Source: Coleofasciculaceae cyanobacterium SM2_1_6 (lineage in GTDB: Bacteria; Cyanobacteriota; Cyanobacteriia; Cyanobacteriales; JAAUUE01). From it: a DNA stretch of 40,298 bases. The position numbers were made by a program, and so were the translations under genes. The notes beneath the pieces are model-generated. The model saw nothing but the letters and a program-made list of their open reading frames with translations. It was not told the origin of the DNA and made no database searches. Shown piece by piece: positions 19,041-28,408 of this stretch (position 1 is the first letter of the stretch; the number at the start of each line of letters is the position of its first letter). The stretch lies in the NCBI GenBank assembly GCA_012031635.1, contig JAAUUE010000003.1, positions 1 through 40,298 on the forward strand. The letters run 5' to 3'.

Positions 19041-21218
19041 ATGCCTAAGAAAAACCGCCCGACCTTTGCTAAGAGCAAAAAACAATCTTCTGTTGCGGGC
19101 AGCAGTCCTCATCGTGTCGCTAGTAATTCCGATCGCAGCCTTGATCGGGGTGCTGATCATTTTGCTGATCGTAGCGATCGCTATAGTCGAGACAATCGTG
19201 ATCTTCGTGGTGAAGCCTTTGGCGATCGCCCAAACCGTTTCTCGGATGCGACCGTTAGAGGCGGCAAGTCTCCCAGAAGCCGCTACCCAGAGGAAGAACA
19301 AGAGTTTGCTCCTAGAGATACCCGAAACTTCCGGAGTGAAAACGAGGTAGCTCCCCGTCGTCGTCAAGATGGTGAGTTTGCGCCTAGAGATTTCGCCCCT
19401 AGAGAATTTGCCTCCAGAGATAAAGATGCTAGACCCCGTTACCCTGCTCCCGGCAGCAGACCCCCGAAAGTAAAAAAGACCCAAGGCAGCAGTTCCTTCA
19501 GCAAGTCCCCCACGCCCGATCGAGACCGCACAGCTAAACCCCGGTGGAATCAAGAGCGGGAAAGTTTTGGTAGTTCTAGGGATGGTTTTAGAGATGATTT
19601 TGGCGGCGATCGACCTACCCGGCGAGATCAAGGAGATGATCACTACAGTCCTCGGAGCAATAGCTGGAATGACCGGGACGGTGATCGCTACGGTAAATCT
19701 AGTAGTAAATATAGTGATAAATACAGCGATCGAGTGGGGAATAAATACGATCAAAAATACAGCAATGGATCCCCTGATAAACAGGCTGGCTATGGCGATC
19801 GTCAGGGAACACCCCGTCTAGGTAGAGGAATCGGCAAACCCAAACTAACTCAAGGCGGCGATCGAGATTTTTCTGGTTATGCCAAGCCATCTCCTGCCCT
19901 CTCCGCAAAATCTGCCTCAAAATCTACCCCAAAAACTGGGAAGTTTGTCCCAATTCAGGAACCTGACGACTATCAAGATACTTACACAGATACTTTTCAA
20001 GATAGCTATCAAGAAGTTGATCAATCCGTAGCTCTCAAAATTCCTCCAGTCAACAATCTTGATGATTACTCTGATGATTTTTTGGGGGAAGAACTCGACC
20101 CGGCAACACCCTTGGATTATCTAGGTACTACTGGAGAAGATTTTGTAATAGATCAAGAAGATCAAGATGAGTTTGATTCTCCTAATTCTCTTGATGGAGG
20201 AAAGCCGAAAAGAGCGATCGAGGATGTTGGTTATCCAGCCCCTCCAGAAATCTTTGGGGAATTTGATCGGAACGATCGCCAAAGACGGCAGGAATCTCGA
20301 CCACAAGACTCTAGCCGGCAAGATTTTAGACAACCACACTCTAGAAGAAAAGACTCTAGACAAGAAGGCAATTCTTGGGCATCCCCCCACCGGGAAACTT
20401 CTAAGTTCGATCGAGGCGATCGAGGTGATTACGATCGGTTTGAGCCAGAGCCAGAGGTTGAAGAGGAAATGGACTTAATCTATGGTCGCCATCCCGTGAT
20501 TGCTGCCCTAGAAAATCAACGCCAGCTAAATCGTATCTGGGTTGTCCCCCAACTCCGCCACGATCCCCGCTTCTACTCCTTATTGCAACAAGCCAAAGCC
20601 GAAGGAGCCGTGGTTAATGAAGTTGATCCCCGCCGTCTGAGCCAAATTACTGACGGAGCCAACCATCAAGGCATCGCTGCTCAAGTTGCTGCCTACGACT
20701 ATGTAGAACTAGAGGATCTCATTGCCAAAGCCAAAGCTGCCAGCCCTGATCCCCTCTTGTTAATTGCAGAAGGCATCACTGATCCCCACAATCTTGGCTC
20801 CATGATCCGTACCGCCGAAGCCCTCGGAGTCCAAGGGGTGATCATTCCCCAACGCCGAGCCGTAGGGATTACTGCCGCAGTCCGCAAGGTTGCCGCCGGA
20901 GCCTTGGAATTTTTGCCTGTAGCGAGGGTGGTGAATCTCAACCGAGCCTTAGCCCAACTTAAGGAGGCTGGATTTTGGATCTACGGAACTACAGCAGATT
21001 CCGGTAAAGTCATCCACACCGTTAAGTTCACAGGTGCAGTAGCCTTGGTTATCGGTTCCGAAGGCAAGGGCTTAAATGTCCTCACGCAGGAGCATTGTGA
21101 TGAGGTGGTCTCAATTCCTTTGGCGGGGAAGACTCCTAGCCTCAATGCTGGGGTAGCGGCGGCTCTAGTTCTCTACGAAACCTGCCGTCAACGTTGGGAT
21201 AAACTCATTCATATGTAA
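19041..21218 (+). CDS. rlmB: 23S rRNA Gm2251 methyltransferase (TrmH/SpoU family) with very long disordered N-terminal extension
   Basis: [45 protein letters not shown]; start may be 18972 or 19041. Confidence 0.92.
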   Translation: MPKKNRPTFAKSKKQSSVAGSSPHRVASNSDRSLDRGADHFADRSDRYSRDNRDLRGEAFGDRPNRFSDATVRGGKSPRSRYPEEEQEFAPRDTRNFRSENEVAPRRRQDGEFAPRDFAPREFASRDKDARPRYPAPGSRPPKVKKTQGSSSFSKSPTPDRDRTAKPRWNQERESFGSSRDGFRDDFGGDRPTRRDQGDDHYSPRSNSWNDRDGDRYGKSSSKYSDKYSDRVGNKYDQKYSNGSPDKQAGYGDRQGTPRLGRGIGKPKLTQGGDRDFSGYAKPSPALSAKSASKSTPKTGKFVPIQEPDDYQDTYTDTFQDSYQEVDQSVALKIPPVNNLDDYSDDFLGEELDPATPLDYLGTTGEDFVIDQEDQDEFDSPNSLDGGKPKRAIEDVGYPAPPEIFGEFDRNDRQRRQESRPQDSSRQDFRQPHSRRKDSRQEGNSWASPHRETSKFDRGDRGDYDRFEPEPEVEEEMDLIYGRHPVIAALENQRQLNRIWVVPQLRHDPRFYSLLQQAKAEGAVVNEVDPRRLSQITDGANHQGIAAQVAAYDYVELEDLIAKAKAASPDPLLLIAEGITDPHNLGSMIRTAEALGVQGVIIPQRRAVGITAAVRKVAAGALEFLPVARVVNLNRALAQLKEAGFWIYGTTADSGKVIHTVKFTGAVALVIGSEGKGLNVLTQEHCDEVVSIPLAGKTPSLNAGVAAALVLYETCRQRWDKLIHM

Positions 21219-21495
21219 CTTCATCCCTAGACAATCCCTAGGCCATGTTTAGATAACTTACAGAGATCCTTTGGTAATCTGAAGGATAATCTGTAGAGAA
21301 ACATCTAGGGAGAATTTCTGGGCGATCGTTTTGGAAAAATTAGCATTGTGTAGTATAAAAGTTGTGAGCTAGGCAAGGCTTAAATTTAGCTCCAAAAACT
21401 AGCTCTGAAAATCAACTTTGTAGACTAACTCTCAAATTAATCCCCAAGTCAATTCTCAAATTAACTCACTAGTGTCGGTAAATAGGCAAAAAACA

Positions 21496-21783
21496 ATGAA
21501 AGAACTCTGGATTAAGATTCTCCAATTGGTAGGTAAGGCTTTCTGGGTAGAAATCATCACTGAAAATCCTAAATGCACTTACTATTTCGGTCCTTTTTTG
21601 AATGAGGCAGAGGCGATCGCTGCCAAGACAGGCTATGTAGAAGATTTAACCAATGAAGGAGCTAGTATCTTCAGTCTCCAAATTAAACGTTGTCAACAGC
21701 CCCAAAACCTAACGATCGAAGAAGACTTGGGGGGGGGATTTGACCGGGGAGGAAAGCCGAATCTCCTCGGTCAGAGTCTTTAG
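21496..21783 (+). CDS. DUF1816-like small cyanobacterial protein
   Basis: FWVEIITENPKCTYYFGPF, GYVEDLTNEGA, IKRCQQP. Confidence 0.85.
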   Translation: MKELWIKILQLVGKAFWVEIITENPKCTYYFGPFLNEAEAIAAKTGYVEDLTNEGASIFSLQIKRCQQPQNLTIEEDLGGGFDRGGKPNLLGQSL

Positions 21784-22619
21784 ATTTTTGGAAAATTTGC
21801 GGCTAACCATTGGTCAATGTCCCTCAGCACAACGGGGGCAATTTCCCAAGGAAACAAATGGGCTGTTTGTGGATAACAATGGCTCTGGGATTGGGGTAAA
21901 TGCTCGGCAGTTTCGAGGCTAGAGGCACTGGTGATATGTCGATCGTCTGCCCCAGCCAACACTAAACAAGGACAAGTCAGGTCTGCCAACTGTGGGAGGC
22001 GGTTATAGCCTTGACGGAGGGCTTTGTGTAGAGCTTGATTTGCTTCGGGAGTTGTTTGCAGGTAAGCGGGGACGGCGGCTTTGGCAATCCACTGATAGGA
22101 CTCTGGGGTATGTTGTTGGATAAGATAGCGGAAGAGCGATCGCTTGCCAAAGGTATCGATATTCCACTGCCAACCCGGAGATACCAGATTAATCAAAGCG
22201 GCCATCCCTGTGTATAAATTATCTTGCCAACTAATGGCTGGATGACTACCCCGTGGTCTCGCTGCCGTGGCGACTAAGATTAACCCTTTAACCCGTTGGG
22301 GTAACTGCAAAGCCAACTCCAGACCGAGAATCCCCCCCAAAGACCAACCCAAAATCAAGCACTCACCGATCCCCTGTTGATCCAAAAGCTGGGTTAAATC
22401 CTCGAGGTGATCAAGCATCTGAAAATTCCCTCCGGGTTTACTCTTGCCGTAGCCCCGGAGGTCTGGGCTAATGGTTTGATAATTTTGTGATAAATGATCG
22501 GTAAATACATCCATGGCTTGGCTATTGCCGGGATGTCCATGGAGACAAAGAATGGGAGTTCCCTGACCCCGTATTTGTATATGAAGACTATTAACCATCT
22601 GTGTATGAAGATTACTCAC
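21780..22619 (-). CDS. alpha/beta-fold hydrolase
   Basis: LCLHGHPG, DLRGYGKS, GWSLGG nucleophile elbow, GADD, AHLFPWE; start may be ATG at 22598. Confidence 0.92.
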   Translation of the reverse strand: MSNLHTQMVNSLHIQIRGQGTPILCLHGHPGNSQAMDVFTDHLSQNYQTISPDLRGYGKSKPGGNFQMLDHLEDLTQLLDQQGIGECLILGWSLGGILGLELALQLPQRVKGLILVATAARPRGSHPAISWQDNLYTGMAALINLVSPGWQWNIDTFGKRSLFRYLIQQHTPESYQWIAKAAVPAYLQTTPEANQALHKALRQGYNRLPQLADLTCPCLVLAGADDRHITSASSLETAEHLPQSQSHCYPQTAHLFPWEIAPVVLRDIDQWLAANFPKI

Positions 22620-22708
22620 CTTAAAGTTATTAGTTTAGAGCCTTTATTTATAATTTATGATTGAGTCGTAAGAACCGACAATGCGCTCATTCTAACAACC
22701 CATAAACT

Positions 22709-23041
22709 ATGCATAAACCAGTAGATAAACCATTAGATATCAATGCGATCGCAGCCCCTTGGCTAGTAGAAGAATTAAACCCTAACGCCATGGCAGCGGT
22801 AAGTGGGGGAGCCATTCTCCGCCGGAAAGCTCTGAACCGTTGGACATTCCAATTTCAGAGAAACATTCTCAACCTAACGAATATCAGAGTTCGAGTCACA
22901 AGCCTACTAACTGATGTCACCAATCGTCAGGCTAATCTTGATCTGAGTAGTCAGTTTCATGGACAGTTAACTGCTCTAGAAGGAAATAGACAACTAGCAG
23001 ATGAGCTTTATCGGGCTGTGGGACTACCTGTTCCAAATTAA
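22709..23041 (+). CDS. putative double-glycine-leader secreted peptide precursor 1
   Basis: Leader ends EELNPNAMAAVSGG (aa 34); 76-aa core paralogous to next gene. Confidence 0.75.
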   Translation: MHKPVDKPLDINAIAAPWLVEELNPNAMAAVSGGAILRRKALNRWTFQFQRNILNLTNIRVRVTSLLTDVTNRQANLDLSSQFHGQLTALEGNRQLADELYRAVGLPVPN

Positions 23042-23044
23042 AGC

Positions 23045-23096
23045 CTAATTAATTCTCTAATTAATCCCTAGTTAATCCCTAGTTAATCCCTAATTA
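23045..23096 (+). repeat. 11-nt intergenic tandem repeat
   Basis: CTA(A/G)TTAATCC, about 4 copies between the two precursor genes. Confidence 0.8.
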
Positions 23097-23176
23097 GATA
23101 ATTTCAGGATGCTTGATTAGCGATTACAAACAGCAAAAAATACCAAAGCAAATAACTAAGTAAAGGAATAATCGTT

Positions 23177-23506
23177 GTGAGCGAACAAGAAAATTACCGT
23201 AACCTCAGCCCCCGCAACCCAGAGTGTATGACCGAATTAACTGAAGGTGAGATGGCGGCTATATCAGGAGGAGTGGTGCTAAGGAGGTTAACTCTAAATC
23301 GTTGGTTACTGAAATTTCGGACGAATACGCTAAATTTAGCTACGGTGCAAGCAAGGGTGACGAATGATATTCTGGGGGACTCCGTGAATCGTCAAGCTAG
23401 TCTTGATTTGAGTAGTACCTACCACCGCCAATTAACAGAATTACGAGGTAATCGGCGTTTATCCGATCGCTTCTTCCAAGCCCTAGGTCTGCCCACCCCT
23501 CTTTAA
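23177..23506 (+). CDS. putative double-glycine-leader secreted peptide precursor 2
   Basis: GTG start after AAAGGA; leader ends TELTEGEMAAISGG (aa 32); 77-aa core. Confidence 0.75.
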   Translation: MSEQENYRNLSPRNPECMTELTEGEMAAISGGVVLRRLTLNRWLLKFRTNTLNLATVQARVTNDILGDSVNRQASLDLSSTYHRQLTELRGNRRLSDRFFQALGLPTPL

Positions 23507-23534
23507 TTTATTTCAGAATTTACCCTAAATTTGG

Positions 23535-24652
23535 CTATCCCCATAAACGTCTTCGTGGGGAACCCTTTAACTTTTGGTGGGCGTTTTCTAATAGCTGGGG
23601 GATGGGTAATTTTTCTGGACAACGGGGCAGACAATCGCCGCACTCGGTGCATCGATCGCCCTTGGCTCCGGGAACCCAAGACCCCGCATTCCCCAACATT
23701 CCATAGCGGTATTCCCCGTAGGTGGTCATATCGTAGGCAATTGCTAGATTTCGCAAGCGCAGAATTTCGGGGATGGCAATATTTTCTGGGCAGGGCAGAC
23801 AGGCATAACACTGACTACATTTATCCGGACCGAGGCTTTGGTGCAAATGGGTTTCTAGGTTTTCAAAAATAGTTATTTCTGCGGAGCTTAAGGGCTGGGT
23901 GTAATCACTCGTTAATACGGGAGTCACTTCTGCCGCCGTTGCTGCCCCAAAGCTGAGGGTGGTAATCCGGGGATCATGCAAAAGCCACCGATAGGTTAAA
24001 TCTAAGGGCTGGTGGGGAGCGCACAACTCTTGTAATTTTACTGGGGGATCGTAGAGTAAGCGCCTTTATCGGCGGGGGAAATAATAAATATTCCTAAATC
24101 TTGGGCGTGGGCTAGGTCGATCGCCGGAGCGTGACGTTGAAAGAAATAGTAGTAATGCAGATTCACAAACTCAAACAAATTAGTCTGAATGGTTGCCAAA
24201 ATAATTTCTAGGGGCGCATGGGTAGAAAAACCCACATGGCGAACTTTCCCGGAGTCTAAGGCGGCTTGCACTGCTGACCAGCTAGCTTTTGTCCAGTCTA
24301 GATGTTCCCAAGTATTGATCCCATGAACTGCCAGACAGTCTAGATAATCTACCTGCAAAAGTTCTAGGGATGCGTCAATTTCTCGGCGAATTTTTTCGGG
24401 ATCGGGGGTAGGTAAAAGTTTAGTGGTGATGTAGAAATTTTCTCTCGGTAAGCCCAGCCCAGAGGCGATCGCCTGCCCCAGATACAATTCACTTTTGCCG
24501 TAGCCCCTAGCGGTTTCCAGATGATTCACCCCTTGATTGATCGCTGCCTCGATCGTCTCCCGAAAAATCTCTGCAGATTCCAGACAGCGCATCGTCCCAC
24601 AGGAAAACACGGACAAATTTAAGTTAGTTTTCCCAAAGCGCCGATAAAGCAT
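23535..24652 (-). CDS. aldo/keto reductase with C-terminal 4Fe-4S dicluster (apparent frameshift at ~24061)
   Basis: MLYRRFGKT, HLETARGYGKSE, GFSTH, ISPADKG; adding one G gives GGLLYDPPVKLQELCAP joining the second ORF; CSQCYACLPCP and CTECGDCLPRCP. Confidence 0.9.
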
Positions 24653-24688
24653 AAAACCTATTTCCCAAAACACCAATAAAAATATTCT

Positions 24689-24713
24689 TAGGGGTGCAAG
24701 GCTTTGCGCCCTC
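24689..24713 (+). repeat. degenerate REP-like palindrome
   Basis: TAG-GGGTGCAAG-G-CTTTGCGCCC. Confidence 0.5.
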
Positions 24714-24820
24714 TTCCTATCCCAATTATGCTCTCTTCATATACTGCCTATTGCGCCGCCAAAATTTCGCCCCTAGAGATAATGTTAGAATGCACCAGTA
24801 GCTAATTTTTGATCTTCCCT

Positions 24821-25669
24821 ATGTCTCTTAATCAACGCATTCAGCAATTTTATGATAATTCCTCTGGCTTATGGGAAAAAATTTGGGGAGAACATCTCCA
24901 CCACGGCTACTACGGGGCTACCGGACGAGAACGCAAGGAACGTCGCCAAGCCCAGATAGACCTGATCGAGGAGTTACTCGCTTGGGGGGGAGTGGCGCAA
25001 CCGGAAAAAATTCTGGATGTGGGGTGCGGGATCGGGGGCAGTTCCCTCTATTTGGCAGAAAAATATCATGCTCAAGTAACGGGTATCACCCTTAGTCCTG
25101 TGCAGGCGAACCGGGCAAAAGTTCGGGCAGCAAGTCAAGGATTGGTCGATCGCACCAACTTTTTAGTCGCCGATGCGTTAGCTATGCCCTTTGCTGACCA
25201 GAGCTTTGATTTGGTGTGGTCTCTGGAGAGTGCCGAACATTTTCCTGATAAAAAACAATTTCTCCAAGAAGCTTACCGAGTCCTGAAACCGGGGGGATTG
25301 CTCCTGCTGGCTACGTGGTGTCATCGCCCCCCAACCCCAGCCACCGGAGAATTAACTCCCCAAGAGCAAAAACATTTAGCCGAAATTTACCGAGTTTACT
25401 GCCTGCCTCCCGTAGTTTCGATCGCTGATTATGAAACCCTTGCCCAGAGGGTTAACTTTCAGCAGATTCGCACGGCGGATTGGTCTAGCTCCGTAGCTCC
25501 GTTTTGGGATGCAGTAATTGCTTCAGCATTTTCTTGGGAAGCCCTAACTGGACTCCTGCAAAGTAACTGGGAGACGATCGAGGGAGCTTTAGTCTTACCT
25601 TTAATGCGGAGTGGTTATCAACGGAGCCTAATTCGCTACGGCTTATTGTGTGGTACAAAGAATAATTAG
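24821..25669 (+). CDS. gamma-tocopherol methyltransferase (VTE4-like)
   Basis: IQQFYDNSSGLWEKIWGEHLHHGYY, ILDVGCGIGGS SAM motif, WSLESAEHFPDK; adjacent to homogentisate phytyltransferase. Confidence 0.88.
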   Translation: MSLNQRIQQFYDNSSGLWEKIWGEHLHHGYYGATGRERKERRQAQIDLIEELLAWGGVAQPEKILDVGCGIGGSSLYLAEKYHAQVTGITLSPVQANRAKVRAASQGLVDRTNFLVADALAMPFADQSFDLVWSLESAEHFPDKKQFLQEAYRVLKPGGLLLLATWCHRPPTPATGELTPQEQKHLAEIYRVYCLPPVVSIADYETLAQRVNFQQIRTADWSSSVAPFWDAVIASAFSWEALTGLLQSNWETIEGALVLPLMRSGYQRSLIRYGLLCGTKNN

Positions 25670-25752
25670 TTACTAAGTTTAGCTACAAGTTTTAGTTAAA
25701 AAATTTCACCATAAATTAATTGAAAGTCAATTATTAAAAAAGTTATTTATTC

Positions 25753-26757
25753 ATGAGCCAAGTTAATATCTCGGATAATTTCGCTAGTAAATTTGGTAAC
25801 TTCTTCATTTCTTTTTGGCGATTTTCCCGCCCCCATACCGTAATTGGTACAACCTTAAGTGTATTAGCTTTATTTTTAATTTCTCTGCCTGGATATCTAC
25901 ACGACGATCTCAATACCTTCTTGTCAATACAGCAATACTTTGGAGAAACCTGGACAGGAAACTGGAGTTTATATACTAATCAAATTTTGGGAACTTGGCT
26001 AGCTTGCCTTGCTGGAAATATTTATATTGTTGGTTTAAATCAATTGGAAGATATTGAAATTGATAAAATTAATAAGCCAAACTTACCCCTAGCTTCTGGA
26101 GATTTTTCTGTGCCAACGGGAAGAATCATTGTTATAATTTGTGGGATTTTGGCTTTAGTTTTAGCTTTAATTCTTGGAAAATTTTTGTTATTAATGGTGG
26201 CAACTAGTTTATTAATCGGTACTTGCTATTCTTTGCCCCCTTTAAGATTAAAAAGATTACCTTTATTTGCAGCTTTGTGCATTCTCACCGTCCGGGGTTT
26301 AGTCATTAACCTCGGCTTATTTTTTCACTTTCAAGATACTTTATTTCCTCGAAATAATTGGCAAGTGCCTACAACGGTTTGGGCAATTACTTGGTTTATT
26401 TTGGTGTTTACGATCGCCATCGCCCTAGGTAAAGATATTCCCGATCTAGAAGGAGATAAGCAATATAATATTAGTACCTTCACGATTAAGCTCGGTAAAC
26501 AAGCGGTATTTAATCTCTGTCGGGGAATTTTGACCGTGGCTTACCTAGGCATGATCGGGGCGGGTTGGCTGTGGCTACCGCAGGTAAATCTTCCTTTTTT
26601 AACCATCAGTCATAGTGTGGCTCTAGGGTTACTCTGGTGGCAGGGATGGAATGTGGATTTAGAAAGCCAAGAAGCGATCGCCCGATTTTATCAGTTTATT
26701 TGGAAGCTATTTTTTATGGAATACTTAATATTTCCCCTTGCCTGTTTATGGCTGTAA
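25753..26757 (+). CDS. hpt: homogentisate phytyltransferase (UbiA family)
   Basis: FWRFSRPHTVIGT, YIVGLNQLEDIEIDKINKPNLPLASG, KDIPDLEGD, FYQFIWKLFF. Confidence 0.92.
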   Translation: MSQVNISDNFASKFGNFFISFWRFSRPHTVIGTTLSVLALFLISLPGYLHDDLNTFLSIQQYFGETWTGNWSLYTNQILGTWLACLAGNIYIVGLNQLEDIEIDKINKPNLPLASGDFSVPTGRIIVIICGILALVLALILGKFLLLMVATSLLIGTCYSLPPLRLKRLPLFAALCILTVRGLVINLGLFFHFQDTLFPRNNWQVPTTVWAITWFILVFTIAIALGKDIPDLEGDKQYNISTFTIKLGKQAVFNLCRGILTVAYLGMIGAGWLWLPQVNLPFLTISHSVALGLLWWQGWNVDLESQEAIARFYQFIWKLFFMEYLIFPLACLWL

Positions 26758-26922
26758 TTAACATTATTTAACGGAAAGAGTGATATTTATGAAGAGGATT
26801 TTTAGATTTACCGAGCGGTGCAATGTCTTGTACTCTCACCTAGAGATAGCCTAGGATACGGCTTTAGTTTCCCGACCAGAAGGAAAATTGGACTAAATGC
26901 TCGCAAAATAATTAATTTTGGG

Positions 26923-26953
26923 TTGACAAAACCCAGAGCATTTCTGCTAATAT
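26923..26953 (+). promoter_or_regulatory. putative sigma70-type promoter of tRNA-Gln
   Basis: TTGACA at 26923, TG-n-TAATAT at 26945-26953; spacer is long (19 nt). Confidence 0.4.
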
Positions 26954-26998
26954 ATTTAATGTTGATTCAAAATTATTGACTCAACCCCCTGAGATTAA

Positions 26999-27070
26999 TG
27001 GGGCGTCGCCAAGTGGTAAGGCAGCGGGTTTTGGTCTCGCCATTCCTAGGTTCGAATCCTAGCGCCCCAG
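26999..27070 (+). tRNA. tRNA-Gln(TTG)
   Basis: Acceptor TGGGGCG/CGCCCCA, D loop AAGTGGTAAG, anticodon arm GCGGG-TT TTG GT-CTCGC, T loop GGTTCGAATCC; CCA not encoded. Confidence 0.96.
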
Positions 27071-27438
27071 TTAAAAGCTTATTAGGAAAGTTCCTGAAAA
27101 ATTCACCCAAGATCAATTAGAGATTTTTGGGTCTAGTTTTATGGCTATGCTCAGCAAGTTTTTCTTAAAGCACAGGTGAAGATCTTTGACGATTAAATTT
27201 TGTGATAGCTTTATAAAGAGATGTATTGAATTTTACAAAAAACAAGATAAATCCTCAGCTTAAGGGAAAATTAAAGTATAGCCAAGTAGATAATTTTTGA
27301 AGGCAGATTTCTTTAAGCAAAGGTGCTTGTAGCCTAGATTAGGGAATTTAGAGAGTCAGGAAAGTTGTTTAGATATTGTCTAGTTTGGGGTTTGGATGGT
27401 AACTAGCTAAAAATTTGACCAGAATTTGGAGGTGCGAG

Positions 27439-28299
27439 ATGTATGACTATGATCTCCTTGAACAATATTTATCGGGTAAAAGAGACTTTGGGAGTGTTGA
27501 CCTGGCGCAAATTAATCTGCCGGGAGTAAATCTTGCCGAGATTTTATTAACGGGAGCGAACTTAACCAAGGCATCCCTGCCAGCAGCGTACCTAGTTTCT
27601 GCGAATTTCAGTAGAGCAAATCTGACGGCGATCGATCTAACTCAAGCCTTTCTCCAGAGAGCTAATTTTAGTTTTGCGAAGCTCTGCCATGGCAACTTGA
27701 TGGGGGTGGATTTGAATAAGGCTAATCTCCACGGGGCGAGTTTGGTGAAGACAAATTTGCGGGGAGCAAAGCTGAGTGGGGCAAATTTAGCCGGGGTGAC
27801 TTTACGGGAAGCTAATCTCGAAGGGGTGAACTTGAGTGGGGCGGATCTGCGGGGAATTAATCTGCGGGGAGCTAATCTGCGGGGAGTCAACCTCAGTTGG
27901 GCAAACCTGAGCGGAGCCAGATTAAGCGGAGCTAATTTCCAAGGAGCGACCTTGAACGGGGTGAAACTCCGGGGGGCTTATCTCAATAGCGCAGATCTAC
28001 GTCAGGCGGATCTGGCGGGGGTCAACCTGAGTGAGGCGAAATTAAACGGGGCAAACTTAATGGGGGCAGATTTGACTGCGGCAAATTTGAGTAATGCTCA
28101 TCTCCGGCTGGCGGTTTTAACTTCAGCCCAGTTACAAGCGGCGGACTTGCGAGGGGCAGATTTCTGGGATACCCAGTTTACGGGAGTGAATTTGGCTCGA
28201 TCGATCTACAACGAAGCTACCCAGTTTCCCCACGGCTTAGACCCCAATGAGTTTGGAGCGTACCAAGACAGCGAGGAATTGCGTTCTATTCCTGCCTAG
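27439..28299 (+). CDS. pentapeptide repeat protein
   Basis: ATG after GGAGG; LLEQYLSGKRDF cap followed by long run of A(N/D)LxG-type pentapeptides. Confidence 0.95.
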   Translation: MYDYDLLEQYLSGKRDFGSVDLAQINLPGVNLAEILLTGANLTKASLPAAYLVSANFSRANLTAIDLTQAFLQRANFSFAKLCHGNLMGVDLNKANLHGASLVKTNLRGAKLSGANLAGVTLREANLEGVNLSGADLRGINLRGANLRGVNLSWANLSGARLSGANFQGATLNGVKLRGAYLNSADLRQADLAGVNLSEAKLNGANLMGADLTAANLSNAHLRLAVLTSAQLQAADLRGADFWDTQFTGVNLARSIYNEATQFPHGLDPNEFGAYQDSEELRSIPA

Positions 28300-28306
28300 G
28301 TCGCTG

Positions 28307-28337
28307 AAATAAATACTAAATAAATACTAAATAAATA
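28307..28337 (+). repeat. 11-nt intergenic tandem repeat
   Basis: AAATAAATACT, nearly 3 copies. Confidence 0.7.
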
Positions 28338-28408
28338 ATCGTATCCATAAAAATCTTAAGAAAATATAAAAATTATGGGGTTAGCAGAACCCAAGGAAGG
28401 TTAAAGCT

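Noticed and set aside
19008-19754. 248-aa antisense ORF and other short overlapping ORFs in the track (e.g. 23531-23872, 36762-37154)
   Set aside because: They lie opposite or inside well-supported genes and show no recognisable motifs.
23045-23096. Possible CRISPR-like array between the two precursor genes
   Set aside because: Contiguous 11-nt units with no spacers; no cas genes or repeat-spacer structure seen anywhere in the window.
22709-23506. Lanthipeptide, cyanobactin or microviridin precursors
   Set aside because: Cores have no Cys, no repeated recognition cassettes or TxKYPSD motif, and no modifying enzymes are nearby.
23535-24652. Fe-S protein as radical-SAM maturase for the double-Gly peptides
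   Set aside because: Cys motifs are ferredoxin-type CxxCxxC, not CxxxCxxC; the protein is an aldo/keto reductase and is transcribed convergently.
26999-27440. tRNA-anchored genomic island
   Set aside because: No integrase downstream and no duplicated tRNA 3' end seen in the window.
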